In this document: positions 51,611 through 60,274 of the stretch, one piece after another
How positions within the stretch are numbered: position 1 is the stretch's first letter
Layout: each line of letters starts with the position of its first letter
Assembly: GCA_963790305.1 (NCBI GenBank)
Contig: CAWBOC010000008.1
Coordinates: 64,001-128,000, forward strand
From: an uncultured Gemmatimonadaceae bacterium
GTDB lineage: Bacteria; Gemmatimonadota; Gemmatimonadetes; Gemmatimonadales; Gemmatimonadaceae
Direction of reading: 5' to 3'
Length of the DNA stretch: 64,000 bases
Program-made: the position numbers and the translations under genes
The notes under the pieces: generated by a model
Seen by the model: the letters and a program-made list of their open reading frames with translations, nothing else
Databases searched by the model: none
What the model was told of the DNA's origin: nothing

Positions 51611-53434
51611 CTAACGACTGGCACGCAGGGCATTGAGAATGACGGCGACGTCGATCGCCTCCTGCAACAGCGCACCGATGGTGGGAGTAATCATTCCCAG
51701 CGCGGCAAAGACCATCGCGACAGCGCTGGCGCCGAGTCCCGCGATGATGCTCTGCCGCGCGATGCGCATGGTGCGCTTGCTGATGCGGATCGCGCGGGCG
51801 ACGTCGGCAATGTCGTCGCTGAGCAGCACGACATCGGCCGCTTCGGCTGTGACGCCCCCGTGGCGCGCCATGGCGATGCCGACGGTCGCGGCGGTGAGCG
51901 CGGGCGCGTCGTTCGTCCCATCACCGACCATCACGACCTGCGCCCCCGACTCCTCGAGCTCGGTGACGGCGGCGACCTTGCCCTCCGGCAGGAGATCGCC
52001 GCGCGCCTCGGTGATCCCCACCGCATCAGCGACGGTGCGCGTGGTGAGACTGTCGTCACCCGACAGGAGAATCACCCGCTGGATCCCGTCCCGCCGCAAA
52101 TCAGCGATCGTCCTGGGAGCTCCGCTCCGAACGCGGTCGGCGAACTCGATGACCCCGGCGTGCACACCGTCGATCGCGACATGCGCGGAGAGCATCCCCG
52201 TCGCCGGGGTCTTCCATCCGCTGCGCAACGCAGCGTAGCGATCCTCCAGGTACGCCCGTGAGCCGACGGCGACTTCCCGGCCACCCACCGTCCCGACGAC
52301 GCCACGGCCAGGCGTCTCGATGATTCCCTGGACGTCGGAGATGGGAAGCCCTCGCGCACGAGCCGCCGCGACGACGGAGCGGGCGAGGAGATGCCCCGAC
52401 CGCTCTTCGACCGCCGCTGCCAGCGCGAGCAGTGAGCTCGGATCGGTTCCGTTGACGGGCACCACCTCACTCACTTCGGGACGCCCGATCGTCAGCGTTC
52501 CGGTTTTGTCGAAGACGGCGGCGGTCGCATCAGCCAGCTGCTCGAGCGCGCCACCGTGCCTGACGATGATGCCCGAGCGCGCCGCGCGATTGATGCCCCC
52601 GATGATCGCGACCGGTGTCGCAATGATGAGCGGACACGGGGTCGCCACGACGAGAACCGCGAGCACCCTCGTCGCATCCCGCGTCAGGAGGTACGTGACG
52701 ATGCAGACGGCGATGGTAAGAGGCGTGAACCACACGGCGTAGCGATCGGCGAGCCGCTGGAGTGGCGCCTTGCTCGCCTGAGCGGTGCGTACCATCTCGA
52801 CGATGCGGGCGTATTGGCTCTCTCCGGCACGCGCCGTCGCTCGGATGTGGATGGCCCCCTCCTGATTGAAGCTTCCGCTCAGGAGCTCGACCCCCGGGAG
52901 CGCGGACAGCGGCACCGGCTCGCCGGTGATCGTCGATGCATCTACGTGCGAGTGGCCATCGACCACGACGCCGTCGCACGGCACCGTTTCGCCCGGCCGC
53001 ACGAGCAGCTCGTCGCCCACCGCGATCGCATCGACGGTCACGTCTTCGGTGTGGCCGTCGCGTACACGATGCGCGATGCGCGGCGCCGCATCCTCCAGCA
53101 TCCGCAGCGCCCTTGATGCGCGTCCCTCGGCGTACCGCTCGAGTGCTTCCCCGCCCGTCTGCATGAGCACGACGACCAGTCCCGCGATCGGCTGCTGCAG
53201 CGCGACGGCGGTTGCGACGGCCAGGGCGGCGACGATGTCGGCCGCGAACCGCCCGCGCAGCGCACCCACCGCGGTGCGGACGATGAGCGGGACGCCGGTC
53301 ACCACGAGTCCGGCGAACAGGATCCGGTGCGCCGTTGCCGGATCGCCGAACAGCGCGATCGCGCCGCCGACGGCCAGGACGAGCAGCGTCAGCGTCGGAA
53401 TCACGAGCCAGAGTCGGCGTGGAGTGTCGGGCAT
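51611..53434 (-). CDS. Heavy-metal P1B-type ATPase (TPCP motif, P1B-5-like)
   Basis: TGEP, ATPCP, DKTGT, GDGTND. Confidence 0.9.
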   Translation of the reverse strand: MPDTPRRLWLVIPTLTLLVLAVGGAIALFGDPATAHRILFAGLVVTGVPLIVRTAVGALRGRFAADIVAALAVATAVALQQPIAGLVVVLMQTGGEALERYAEGRASRALRMLEDAAPRIAHRVRDGHTEDVTVDAIAVGDELLVRPGETVPCDGVVVDGHSHVDASTITGEPVPLSALPGVELLSGSFNQEGAIHIRATARAGESQYARIVEMVRTAQASKAPLQRLADRYAVWFTPLTIAVCIVTYLLTRDATRVLAVLVVATPCPLIIATPVAIIGGINRAARSGIIVRHGGALEQLADATAAVFDKTGTLTIGRPEVSEVVPVNGTDPSSLLALAAAVEERSGHLLARSVVAAARARGLPISDVQGIIETPGRGVVGTVGGREVAVGSRAYLEDRYAALRSGWKTPATGMLSAHVAIDGVHAGVIEFADRVRSGAPRTIADLRRDGIQRVILLSGDDSLTTRTVADAVGITEARGDLLPEGKVAAVTELEESGAQVVMVGDGTNDAPALTAATVGIAMARHGGVTAEAADVVLLSDDIADVARAIRISKRTMRIARQSIIAGLGASAVAMVFAALGMITPTIGALLQEAIDVAVILNALRASR

Positions 53435-53491
53435 GCAATAACATCCCACTCGTGGTGCGCGACGACCAGTCGGCGCGCCTACGCTATCATA

Positions 53492-53506
53492 TCAGGGATT
53501 CCCTGA
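53492..53506. promoter_or_regulatory. Regulon box TCAGGGATTCCCTGA
   Basis: Perfect 7-1-7 palindrome in the divergent P1B/PPOx intergenic region. Confidence 0.72.
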
Positions 53507-53592
53507 CAAAAACTGCCGACCGTTCCGGTAGCACGGGCAAGGGCTCCGAGTACATGATGACAGCAGGCTCCTAACGCGATGAGGAGGACGTA

Positions 53593-54102
53593 ATGATGAA
53601 CCCGCCCGAGACCGCCCCTGGTTCGGAGATCGAGGTGCCGCTGAGCCCCACCAGATCCTCACGCGCGAGGCCGCCGCGCACGGTGGCGCTGTCGCGTGCA
53701 CAGTGCATGAAGCTGCTGGCGCGAAATCATGTCGGACGGCTCGCGTACACCTTTCGGGATGCGGTCGACATCGTGCCGCTCCACTATGCCTACGAGGATG
53801 AGTGGATCTACGTCCGCACCTCGGGCCCGAAGCTCGCCAAGCTGCGGCATCACCGCTGGGTAGCATTCGAGGTGGACGAGATCTTCGCCATGTACGACTG
53901 GAGCAGCGTCGTAGTGCATGGGGCCGTATATCTGCTCGATCGTTCCAGCGTCGTCACCGAGACGTGGGAGACCGCGGTACGAGTTCTTCAACGCCACTTC
54001 CCCGACGCGTTCACCGATCGGGATCCGGTTCCGTTCCGGACGGCGGTCTTTCGCATTCACGTGGACTCGGTGAGTGGGCGGAGGACGACGCCGGTGCGGT
54101 AG
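53593..54102 (+). CDS. Pyridoxamine 5'-phosphate oxidase-like FMN-binding protein
   Basis: CMKLLARNHVGRLA, VAFEVD, WSSVVVHG. Confidence 0.85.
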   Translation: MMNPPETAPGSEIEVPLSPTRSSRARPPRTVALSRAQCMKLLARNHVGRLAYTFRDAVDIVPLHYAYEDEWIYVRTSGPKLAKLRHHRWVAFEVDEIFAMYDWSSVVVHGAVYLLDRSSVVTETWETAVRVLQRHFPDAFTDRDPVPFRTAVFRIHVDSVSGRRTTPVR

Positions 54103-54107
54103 GAGGT

Positions 54108-54259
54108 AGGGGTCAGGAGTCAGGAGTCAGGGGTCAGGGGTGGTAATGCAAACGGCAGCGCGTAAGCGCTGCCGTTTGCTCATCTGATGAGGGGCCGCTC
54201 GCGCGAAGCGCGGCGGCCCCCTTTCCATCCCTGACCCCTGACTCCTGACTCCTGACCCC
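54108..54259. repeat. Multi-hairpin dispersed element, copy 2
   Basis: Close homolog of 16913-17065. Confidence 0.9.
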
Positions 54260-54263
54260 AAGT

Positions 54264-55652
54264 TCAGAAGCTCACGACGCCCTCGACGACGAACCCGTCG
54301 AACTTCCCGCCATTCCGGATATCAGTCGCCGGGAAGTCATGGTACTTCTGCGCCACCCACTCGCCCTTGAGCATGATGCCCGGCGTCAGGAACCAGCCGG
54401 CACTGAGCTGCCCACGGTGCGTCGTGACATCGGTCGCGATCCCCTGCAGACGGCCCGAGACCTCGTTCCACCGCGCGCCGACGAAGAGCTTGTCGTCCGC
54501 CAGGAAGCGATACACCACCTCGGCCGCATACTGATCGACGGTCCGGAGGGCCGTCTCGTTCGACGCACGACCCTTCGCCTTCTCGACCACGCCGAACAGC
54601 TCGACGTCGCCGTACTTGACGAACGGGTTGATCATGTACGACTTGACCTTGTCGGAGAAATTCGGGTTGATCATGCCCGACCGGAACTGCGCCGACTCCG
54701 TCGCTGTGCTGTTCTCGAGAACGTAGTAGTAGCGCGAGCCGGCGCGGTCGCCTGCATACAACGTGTTGCTGATCGCGCTCTTCTGTTGGAAGGTGGAGCC
54801 GGTGAGGCGCAGGCGCAGCTTGTCGGACATCTGCCGATCAAAGCCGAGCTTGCCAAGGAACGCGAGCGAGCGATCCTTGGGCCGCAGCACGTTGCCGCGC
54901 ACCTCCCCACCGGTGAGCCCGCCCATGGCCATCAGCGGCCCCATGCGGACGTACACCTCACCACCGATCTCCGTCGTGAACGCATCCATGATCAGGTTGC
55001 CGACGAAGGGATTGTACATCGCGTTTCCGTTGTCGGTGCGACGGAAGTGCGCATCCCCGTAGTTGACCTCGAAGTGACCGGCTTTGATGGTCACGAAGGC
55101 CATGAGGAGGTTGAGCAGGTCGTGGTCGATCGGCGACGCATCGATCAGGAGGTAGCCGTCCTTGACCCACGTCTCGTTATGGTGCCGCGACGAGAGATAC
55201 GACGTGAGTGACACGCGGATCCCCTTCGCCAGCTGCGCGTCGAGATACAGGTTGGCGTTGGCATTGTTGAAGCCGCCGCCGATCTCGATCAGCTGATTCT
55301 GGTTCACGCCGCCGACGATGGTCGGCGTGGCCGTGTTCTCGTGATCCAGGCCCTGGTACTGCTGCGTGAACGACGCGCCCCACATCAGCGCGAAGCCCTT
55401 GTAGACGGTGCCGTCATCCTTCGGCGCCTCGAACATGTTGATCCCGCGCTGGTCGACGGGGCGGTAGTTCTGCACCTCGATCTTCTTCTGGGTGCTCAAT
55501 ACCGACTTGAGTGTAGTCTTCTCGACGGTATCGGTCGCCTGTGCCTCCGGCGCCCCCGTCGTGTTGGCGTCGCCGCCGCCTGACTGTGCCATCGTCGGCG
55601 CAGACATGATCGCGAGCCCGAGCAGGGCGGAAAGTGACCGGACGGTTCTCAT
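54264..55652 (-). CDS. Putative outer-membrane beta-barrel protein
   Basis: Signal peptide, alternating beta strands, C-terminal Phe (VEGVVSF). Confidence 0.75.
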   Translation of the reverse strand: MRTVRSLSALLGLAIMSAPTMAQSGGGDANTTGAPEAQATDTVEKTTLKSVLSTQKKIEVQNYRPVDQRGINMFEAPKDDGTVYKGFALMWGASFTQQYQGLDHENTATPTIVGGVNQNQLIEIGGGFNNANANLYLDAQLAKGIRVSLTSYLSSRHHNETWVKDGYLLIDASPIDHDLLNLLMAFVTIKAGHFEVNYGDAHFRRTDNGNAMYNPFVGNLIMDAFTTEIGGEVYVRMGPLMAMGGLTGGEVRGNVLRPKDRSLAFLGKLGFDRQMSDKLRLRLTGSTFQQKSAISNTLYAGDRAGSRYYYVLENSTATESAQFRSGMINPNFSDKVKSYMINPFVKYGDVELFGVVEKAKGRASNETALRTVDQYAAEVVYRFLADDKLFVGARWNEVSGRLQGIATDVTTHRGQLSAGWFLTPGIMLKGEWVAQKYHDFPATDIRNGGKFDGFVVEGVVSF

Positions 55653-55726
55653 CGTGATATCTCCCGAGGTAGGCCGGCCGCGCACGCGGCCGGGATTGCT
55701 GACGCCACGGAACTGCGAGGCGGAGT

Positions 55727-56332
55727 TCATTCTTTGAGGAGCAGGTCGAAGTGGACCTGCACGACGTCACTCACCTTGAGCGTTCCCATCATCAGCGTCG
55801 GCGCCTTCAGGCCGTACTCGCTGAGCGTGATGTCCTTCGTGCCGGTCACCTTCAGCGCGCCGTCTTCGGCGGACGTCGCTTTGGCGTTCATCGTGATCGC
55901 CTTCTTGACGCCGCCGAGGGTGAGATCACCACTGAGCTTCACATTCACGCTTGCGGCAGCGGTCGCCAGCTCGTACGACGTCAGGTCGAACGCGATCTCC
56001 GGAAACTCTGGCCCTTTCAGTGCCTTGAGCATGTGGGAGTTCATCTTGCCGTTCTTGCAGTCGAGCTGTGCCGCCGGAACGCGGACGTTGACGCCGGTGA
56101 CACCCTTTTCCCCGGCGGCGACCAGCGCGACCGCGCCTGGAAGCGCGCTGACGTCGACGGTCAGTGACGTCGCGGTGCACTCGAAATCGCGAACGTTCGA
56201 TGTCCCGCTGACCCACAGCTTGCTCTCCGGCTGCAGCGTCAGCGTTCCCGCGATGGTAGTCCAGGCGATCGTCGCGGGCGCGAGCACCAGCGCGGCGACG
56301 AGAGCGGTGTACGAGGTCCTGCGCATAGTCAT
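55727..56332 (-). CDS. YceI family periplasmic lipid/quinone-binding protein
   Basis: SKLWVSGTSNV, FPEIAF, GDLTLGGV. Confidence 0.85.
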   Translation of the reverse strand: MTMRRTSYTALVAALVLAPATIAWTTIAGTLTLQPESKLWVSGTSNVRDFECTATSLTVDVSALPGAVALVAAGEKGVTGVNVRVPAAQLDCKNGKMNSHMLKALKGPEFPEIAFDLTSYELATAAASVNVKLSGDLTLGGVKKAITMNAKATSAEDGALKVTGTKDITLSEYGLKAPTLMMGTLKVSDVVQVHFDLLLKE

Positions 56333-56450
56333 TCTCCGGTGAGGTGCCAGCCGTCGCGTCTCTCGCGACGTTGACACACGATGCGTCGGGCGGTGCGTTC
56401 GATCAGTCGGAGGAGAGCCGAAGATTCGTGAGGAGGCCGGCCCGGTCTTG

Positions 56451-56465
56451 TGAGGGAAACGCTGA
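56451..56465. promoter_or_regulatory. Putative regulon box TGAGGG-AAA-CGCTGA
   Basis: Upstream of the YceI/beta-barrel pair. Confidence 0.55.
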
Positions 56466-56467
56466 CC

Positions 56468-56608
56468 GAGTAACGAGTGAGGAGTGGGGAGTGGGGAGTG
56501 GGGAGTGAGGAGCAATTCCTGCGGGTGGCTTTCAATTCCAACCGAAGTCCTCACCCCTCACTCCTCACTCCCCACTCCTCACTCCCACTCCCCACTCCTC
56601 ACTCGTTA
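56468..56608. repeat. Palindrome of (GGGGAGT)n 7-mers
   Basis: Read directly. Confidence 0.88.
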
Positions 56609-57363
56609 TAGCACCGCCCACGATCGTGGCTGTGCGACTCGAGCGTCAGCACGGTCGTTCCGAAGACAGGCATCGTGCTCTCGATGCGCACCGGGAGCCT
56701 GCACCGGTCATCGGTGAAGTGGATGCGAACGACTCCTTCGCCCTTGTAGCGACGCGGATCTTTCACGCGCATCTCGACCACGATCGTGGCGAACTCGCCG
56801 GCGTGGGTGGCGAGCCGCTCGCGTCCGACCACGCGCACCGTGGTCGGATTGCGCTCGACGTCGAAGTGTCGGTTGAACTCGAGGGTCGTGTCGCGGTCGA
56901 GCGAGAGCGTACGGAGGAAGTAGAGAAACGAGAGCTCATCGAGCGGCGCGTCGGTCGCGCTCTCGCCCGATCCTGCGCGCCCGGCGTCCCACCGCCGCTC
57001 ATCGGGAAAGAGCTCGACGACCTCGCGGTGGCTCGCCAAGGGGTGACGCTCCTGTTTCGCGTAGCGCAGAGACGTCAGGCGATCATGATCGAGCCATGAA
57101 TCGGTGCGGTCCGTTCCCTGAATGGGCCCGAGGCCCGCTTTCATGACGGAGCGCAGCAGATAGGTCGGTGTGCCGCGAACTACCACCGGTCCTTCGATCC
57201 ACATCGTGCCACGTCCGGATGCGCGCATCTGCGACATGCGAACCCGGTACGTGAGCCGCTCACCGACAGTGAATGGCAGGCCATCGTGGGACTGCGCCGC
57301 GGCCATCGGCGGACGGCCCAATGCGAGTGCCACCAATACGATTCCAGTCAACCCGTTCCGCAT
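56599..57363 (-). CDS. DUF3108-like secreted protein
   Basis: PFTVGERLTY, PLDELSFLY, RLPVRIES. Confidence 0.75.
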   Translation of the reverse strand: MRNGLTGIVLVALALGRPPMAAAQSHDGLPFTVGERLTYRVRMSQMRASGRGTMWIEGPVVVRGTPTYLLRSVMKAGLGPIQGTDRTDSWLDHDRLTSLRYAKQERHPLASHREVVELFPDERRWDAGRAGSGESATDAPLDELSFLYFLRTLSLDRDTTLEFNRHFDVERNPTTVRVVGRERLATHAGEFATIVVEMRVKDPRRYKGEGVVRIHFTDDRCRLPVRIESTMPVFGTTVLTLESHSHDRGRCYNE

Positions 57364-57470
57364 TCGCTACTCGGTATGAGGACGTGCGACTGCGATGAAG
57401 CTGATGAGCGCACGTGGCGACCGCGTGTCAGCGAGAGCCGGAATTTTCCAGGGGATTTCCGCGGGAGGCG

Positions 57471-57485
57471 TCGGGGGATGTCTGA
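57471..57485. promoter_or_regulatory. Putative regulon box TCGGGG-GAT-GTCTGA
   Basis: In the divergent DUF3108/lipoprotein intergenic region. Confidence 0.45.
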
Positions 57486-57591
57486 CAGCCACCGCGGTGT
57501 AAGGAGCCTGTACGGAACGCTTGCGATGCGCGGCCGCCGGTCCGCACGTTGTTGGACCGACTACGCCATTCGCCTACAACAGGGGGAGTTC

Positions 57592-58080
57592 ATGCCTCGC
57601 TGGACGTTTCTCGTTCTTCTCGCATCACTCGCCTGCGCATCGGCGCCGCCTGAAACCGTTCCCCTCGTGGGCAGCGCGAGCGATGTCTCGTCGCTGGTCG
57701 GCGAGTGGAGCGGCGACTATGACGGTGGCGCGAGCGGACGATCGGGAAGCATCGTCTTCGTGCTGCGCAGCGCCGCGGATACCGCTCGCGGCGACGTGAT
57801 GATGATTCCACGCGCACTGGGCGAGACGGCGACGGGCGACGCTCGCCGCGCGCCACTCGCGCTCCGCTCGAGTCAGGTGCTGCGCATCGCGTTCGTGCGC
57901 ATCGCCGGCGGGGCAGTCGCCGGGACGCTCGACCCGTATACCGACCCCGACTGCCAGTGCACGGTGCAGACGACGTTCACCGGCACGCTTCGCGGCAACA
58001 CGATCGAGGGGACGTTCGTGACGCGGGGGTCTCAGCTGCCGAGCGAGCAGACGGGACGGTGGAAGGTGCTGAGGCGCTAG
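57592..58080 (+). CDS. Hypothetical lipoprotein, paralog of 33531-34022
   Basis: Lipobox SLAC; GEWSGDY...DTARG...DPDCQC...EGTFVT...GRWKV. Confidence 0.78.
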   Translation: MPRWTFLVLLASLACASAPPETVPLVGSASDVSSLVGEWSGDYDGGASGRSGSIVFVLRSAADTARGDVMMIPRALGETATGDARRAPLALRSSQVLRIAFVRIAGGAVAGTLDPYTDPDCQCTVQTTFTGTLRGNTIEGTFVTRGSQLPSEQTGRWKVLRR

Positions 58081-58164
58081 AGGCGCTAGAGGCGCTAAAG
58101 GCGCTAGAGGCGCTAAAGGCGAGCCCCTTAGCGCCTTTAGCGCCTTTAGCGCCTCTAGCGCCTC
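58071..58164. repeat. Palindrome of (GCGCTAGAG)n 9-mers overlapping both convergent gene ends
   Basis: Same family as 14327-14451. Confidence 0.9.
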
Positions 58165-59540
58165 AAGACCACCTGCCCCTTCCTCGCGTAATCGATCGCG
58201 TGCCCTAACAAGCGCGCCGCTTCCTGCGGGGCGTGGAAGCCCATCGAGTTCTCCGCTTCCACGAAATCTGTCAGAAACTGCGCCTTGCGCTGGAAGTTGC
58301 GCGCAGTGGCGAGGCGCGGGCTCGCGCTGTCCGCGCGCGCCGCGGCGGCGATGTCACGCGTGAGCTCGAGCACGGCGTCCAGCGCGAGGTTGCGGAGCTC
58401 GAACGTGCGATCCTGAATGCGCTCGACGCGCGCGCGCATCTCGTCCTCGCTGAAGCGATGACAGGTCTGACAGGCGCGGTTGATGTTGAGCATCGGGCTG
58501 CGCACGTGATGGTCGCTGACCTTCATCGCCCCGGTGCGCGTGTACGGCATGTGGCAGTCCGCGCAGGCGACCCCCGCACGCGCATGAATGCCCTGATTGT
58601 ACGTCTCGAACTCGGGGTGCTGGGCCTTGAGCGTGGGCGCGCCGCTCGTCGCGTGCACCCAGTCGCGGTGCCCGTTCGCCTCGTAGTACGCGAGGATGCT
58701 GTCGCCGGTGAGCCCCTTCGCCCAGGGATAGACGAGACGTTTCTCCGGGCCCTGGAAGTAGTACTCGACGTGACACTGCCCACACACGAAGGTGCGCATC
58801 TCCTGGCGCGACGCATTCGTGTTGACATCGTAGTTGGGAATCCCCTCACTGGCGCGCAGGGCGCGGATTCCTTCCATGAACGCGGGACGTGTCACCCGCA
58901 GCTGCATGCTGCCGGGGTCATGACAATCGATACACGCGACGGGATGCTCGACCAGCTTTCGCGCTTCGGCGTACGGCATCGCGTTCACCCGCTGGAAACC
59001 CTGCACAATGTTGCCGCCACCCGTTCGCATGTACGCCGCGTACATCGACGCGTGACAGTTGAGACAGGTGCCCGGCTGCTTCGCGACGATCTGACGCTCG
59101 GTGTACGTCTGATCCTGGAGCATGTACGCGTGTCCGCGCTCTTCGCGGAAGTCGTGGGCGAACGCGTAGCCCGCCCAGAATTCACGCAGACGCGGATCTT
59201 CCTCGAGCCGCGACTGCGCCACCACCGTCCGCGGGTCCGCATCACTTGGCGTGCGCGGCAGGGCCTCGCTTCCCCCGTACCGCGTGCGCACCTGATCGAC
59301 GGTGCGACGGTAGGCATCGTACTGGATGGGAAAGTTCTTTCCCCATTCCGCCGGATCGGTCGTGCTGTCGGTGAGCGCGACAACACGATAGAAGGGATCC
59401 CGCGCTTCCTGCTTCCGCTCGAAGATGTTCGTCAGCAGCGCCGCGAGCCCAATCGTCACCGCGGCGGCGCCGAGGATGAGCGCTGCCCAGGTGAGCAGCC
59501 GGCTCCGGTTCCGTGGCGGCTCGCTCGAAGGCTCTGTCAT
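58155..59540 (-). CDS. nrfA: Ammonia-forming cytochrome c nitrite reductase, CxxCH first-heme variant
   Basis: ERGHAY; hemes CLNCH, CIDCH, CGQCHVEYYF, CADCH, CQTCH; KAQHPEFE; AENSMGFH. Confidence 0.93.
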   Translation of the reverse strand: MTEPSSEPPRNRSRLLTWAALILGAAAVTIGLAALLTNIFERKQEARDPFYRVVALTDSTTDPAEWGKNFPIQYDAYRRTVDQVRTRYGGSEALPRTPSDADPRTVVAQSRLEEDPRLREFWAGYAFAHDFREERGHAYMLQDQTYTERQIVAKQPGTCLNCHASMYAAYMRTGGGNIVQGFQRVNAMPYAEARKLVEHPVACIDCHDPGSMQLRVTRPAFMEGIRALRASEGIPNYDVNTNASRQEMRTFVCGQCHVEYYFQGPEKRLVYPWAKGLTGDSILAYYEANGHRDWVHATSGAPTLKAQHPEFETYNQGIHARAGVACADCHMPYTRTGAMKVSDHHVRSPMLNINRACQTCHRFSEDEMRARVERIQDRTFELRNLALDAVLELTRDIAAAARADSASPRLATARNFQRKAQFLTDFVEAENSMGFHAPQEAARLLGHAIDYARKGQVVLRR

Positions 59541-59572
59541 CGGGCAACCCTCCCTTCAGCGGAGATCATCGA

Positions 59573-60022
59573 TCACCTCACCCAGTGCCCAACGGTGGCG
59601 TGACAGCGAACGCACGACAACCGCTCCCGATCCTCGTCCGCGCCCCCGTGGTCGATCGATGCGACGATGTCTTCATGGCAGTAGCGACACGCGCCCTCCG
59701 TCACTTCATGATTGCCGGGCGTGATGCGCAACGGATCGGGATAGCGTCCGGTCGTGAAATAGAAGGAGTGCCAGAATCCGTTGCGCGCCTTCGTCGCATA
59801 CTTGCCGAAGAAGGTGTGTGGCGCATGACAGTCGTTGCACACCGCGGCCTGCCGGTGACTCGACTTCATCCATGCCGCGAAGTGCTCGCTCATGATGTGG
59901 CAATTCGCGCACGCGGCGGGATCGTTGGTGAGATACGACGCCCCCCGCGCGTAGCCAAACGTGAACAGCCCGAGGCCGAGCATGGCCCCGAAGAGAAGAG
60001 TGAACGCCGCTTTGGCGAGCAT
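59573..60022 (-). CDS. nrfH: Cytochrome c nitrite reductase small subunit
   Basis: N-terminal TM; CANCHIM, CNDCH, CRYCH, CVRCH. Confidence 0.93.
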   Translation of the reverse strand: MLAKAAFTLLFGAMLGLGLFTFGYARGASYLTNDPAACANCHIMSEHFAAWMKSSHRQAAVCNDCHAPHTFFGKYATKARNGFWHSFYFTTGRYPDPLRITPGNHEVTEGACRYCHEDIVASIDHGGADEDRERLSCVRCHATVGHWVR

Positions 60023-60093
60023 CGTCTTCGGGCGCGTGCGGATTTCGTGCCATTAGTCTGACGCGCCGATCTCGGCCGCAAATGACTGCAACT

Positions 60094-60202
60094 GCATTTT
60101 AGAACGCAGAGGGCGCAGAGGAACTACAACAGCAGGTGTTTTTTCAAGAGCCCATGCCGTTGCAGTCCTCCGCGCCCTCTGCGCCCTCTGCGTTCAAATG
60201 CA
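60094..60202. repeat. Palindrome with (CGCAGAGGG)n arms in the divergent nrfH/ccm region
   Basis: GCATTTTAGAACGCAGAGGGCGCAGAG...CTCTGCGCCCTCTGCGTTCAAATGC. Confidence 0.8.
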
Positions 60203-60274
60203 GTTCCAGTTGAAGTCGCTGTCATCGCGATGATCCGCTTCCCGCACCCGGCGCCGATGACGTAGATTCTTGCC

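Noticed and set aside
8758..58164. Short tandem repeats as CRISPR arrays
   Set aside because: Units are 7-9 nt, have no unique spacers, form inverted arms, and no cas genes are present
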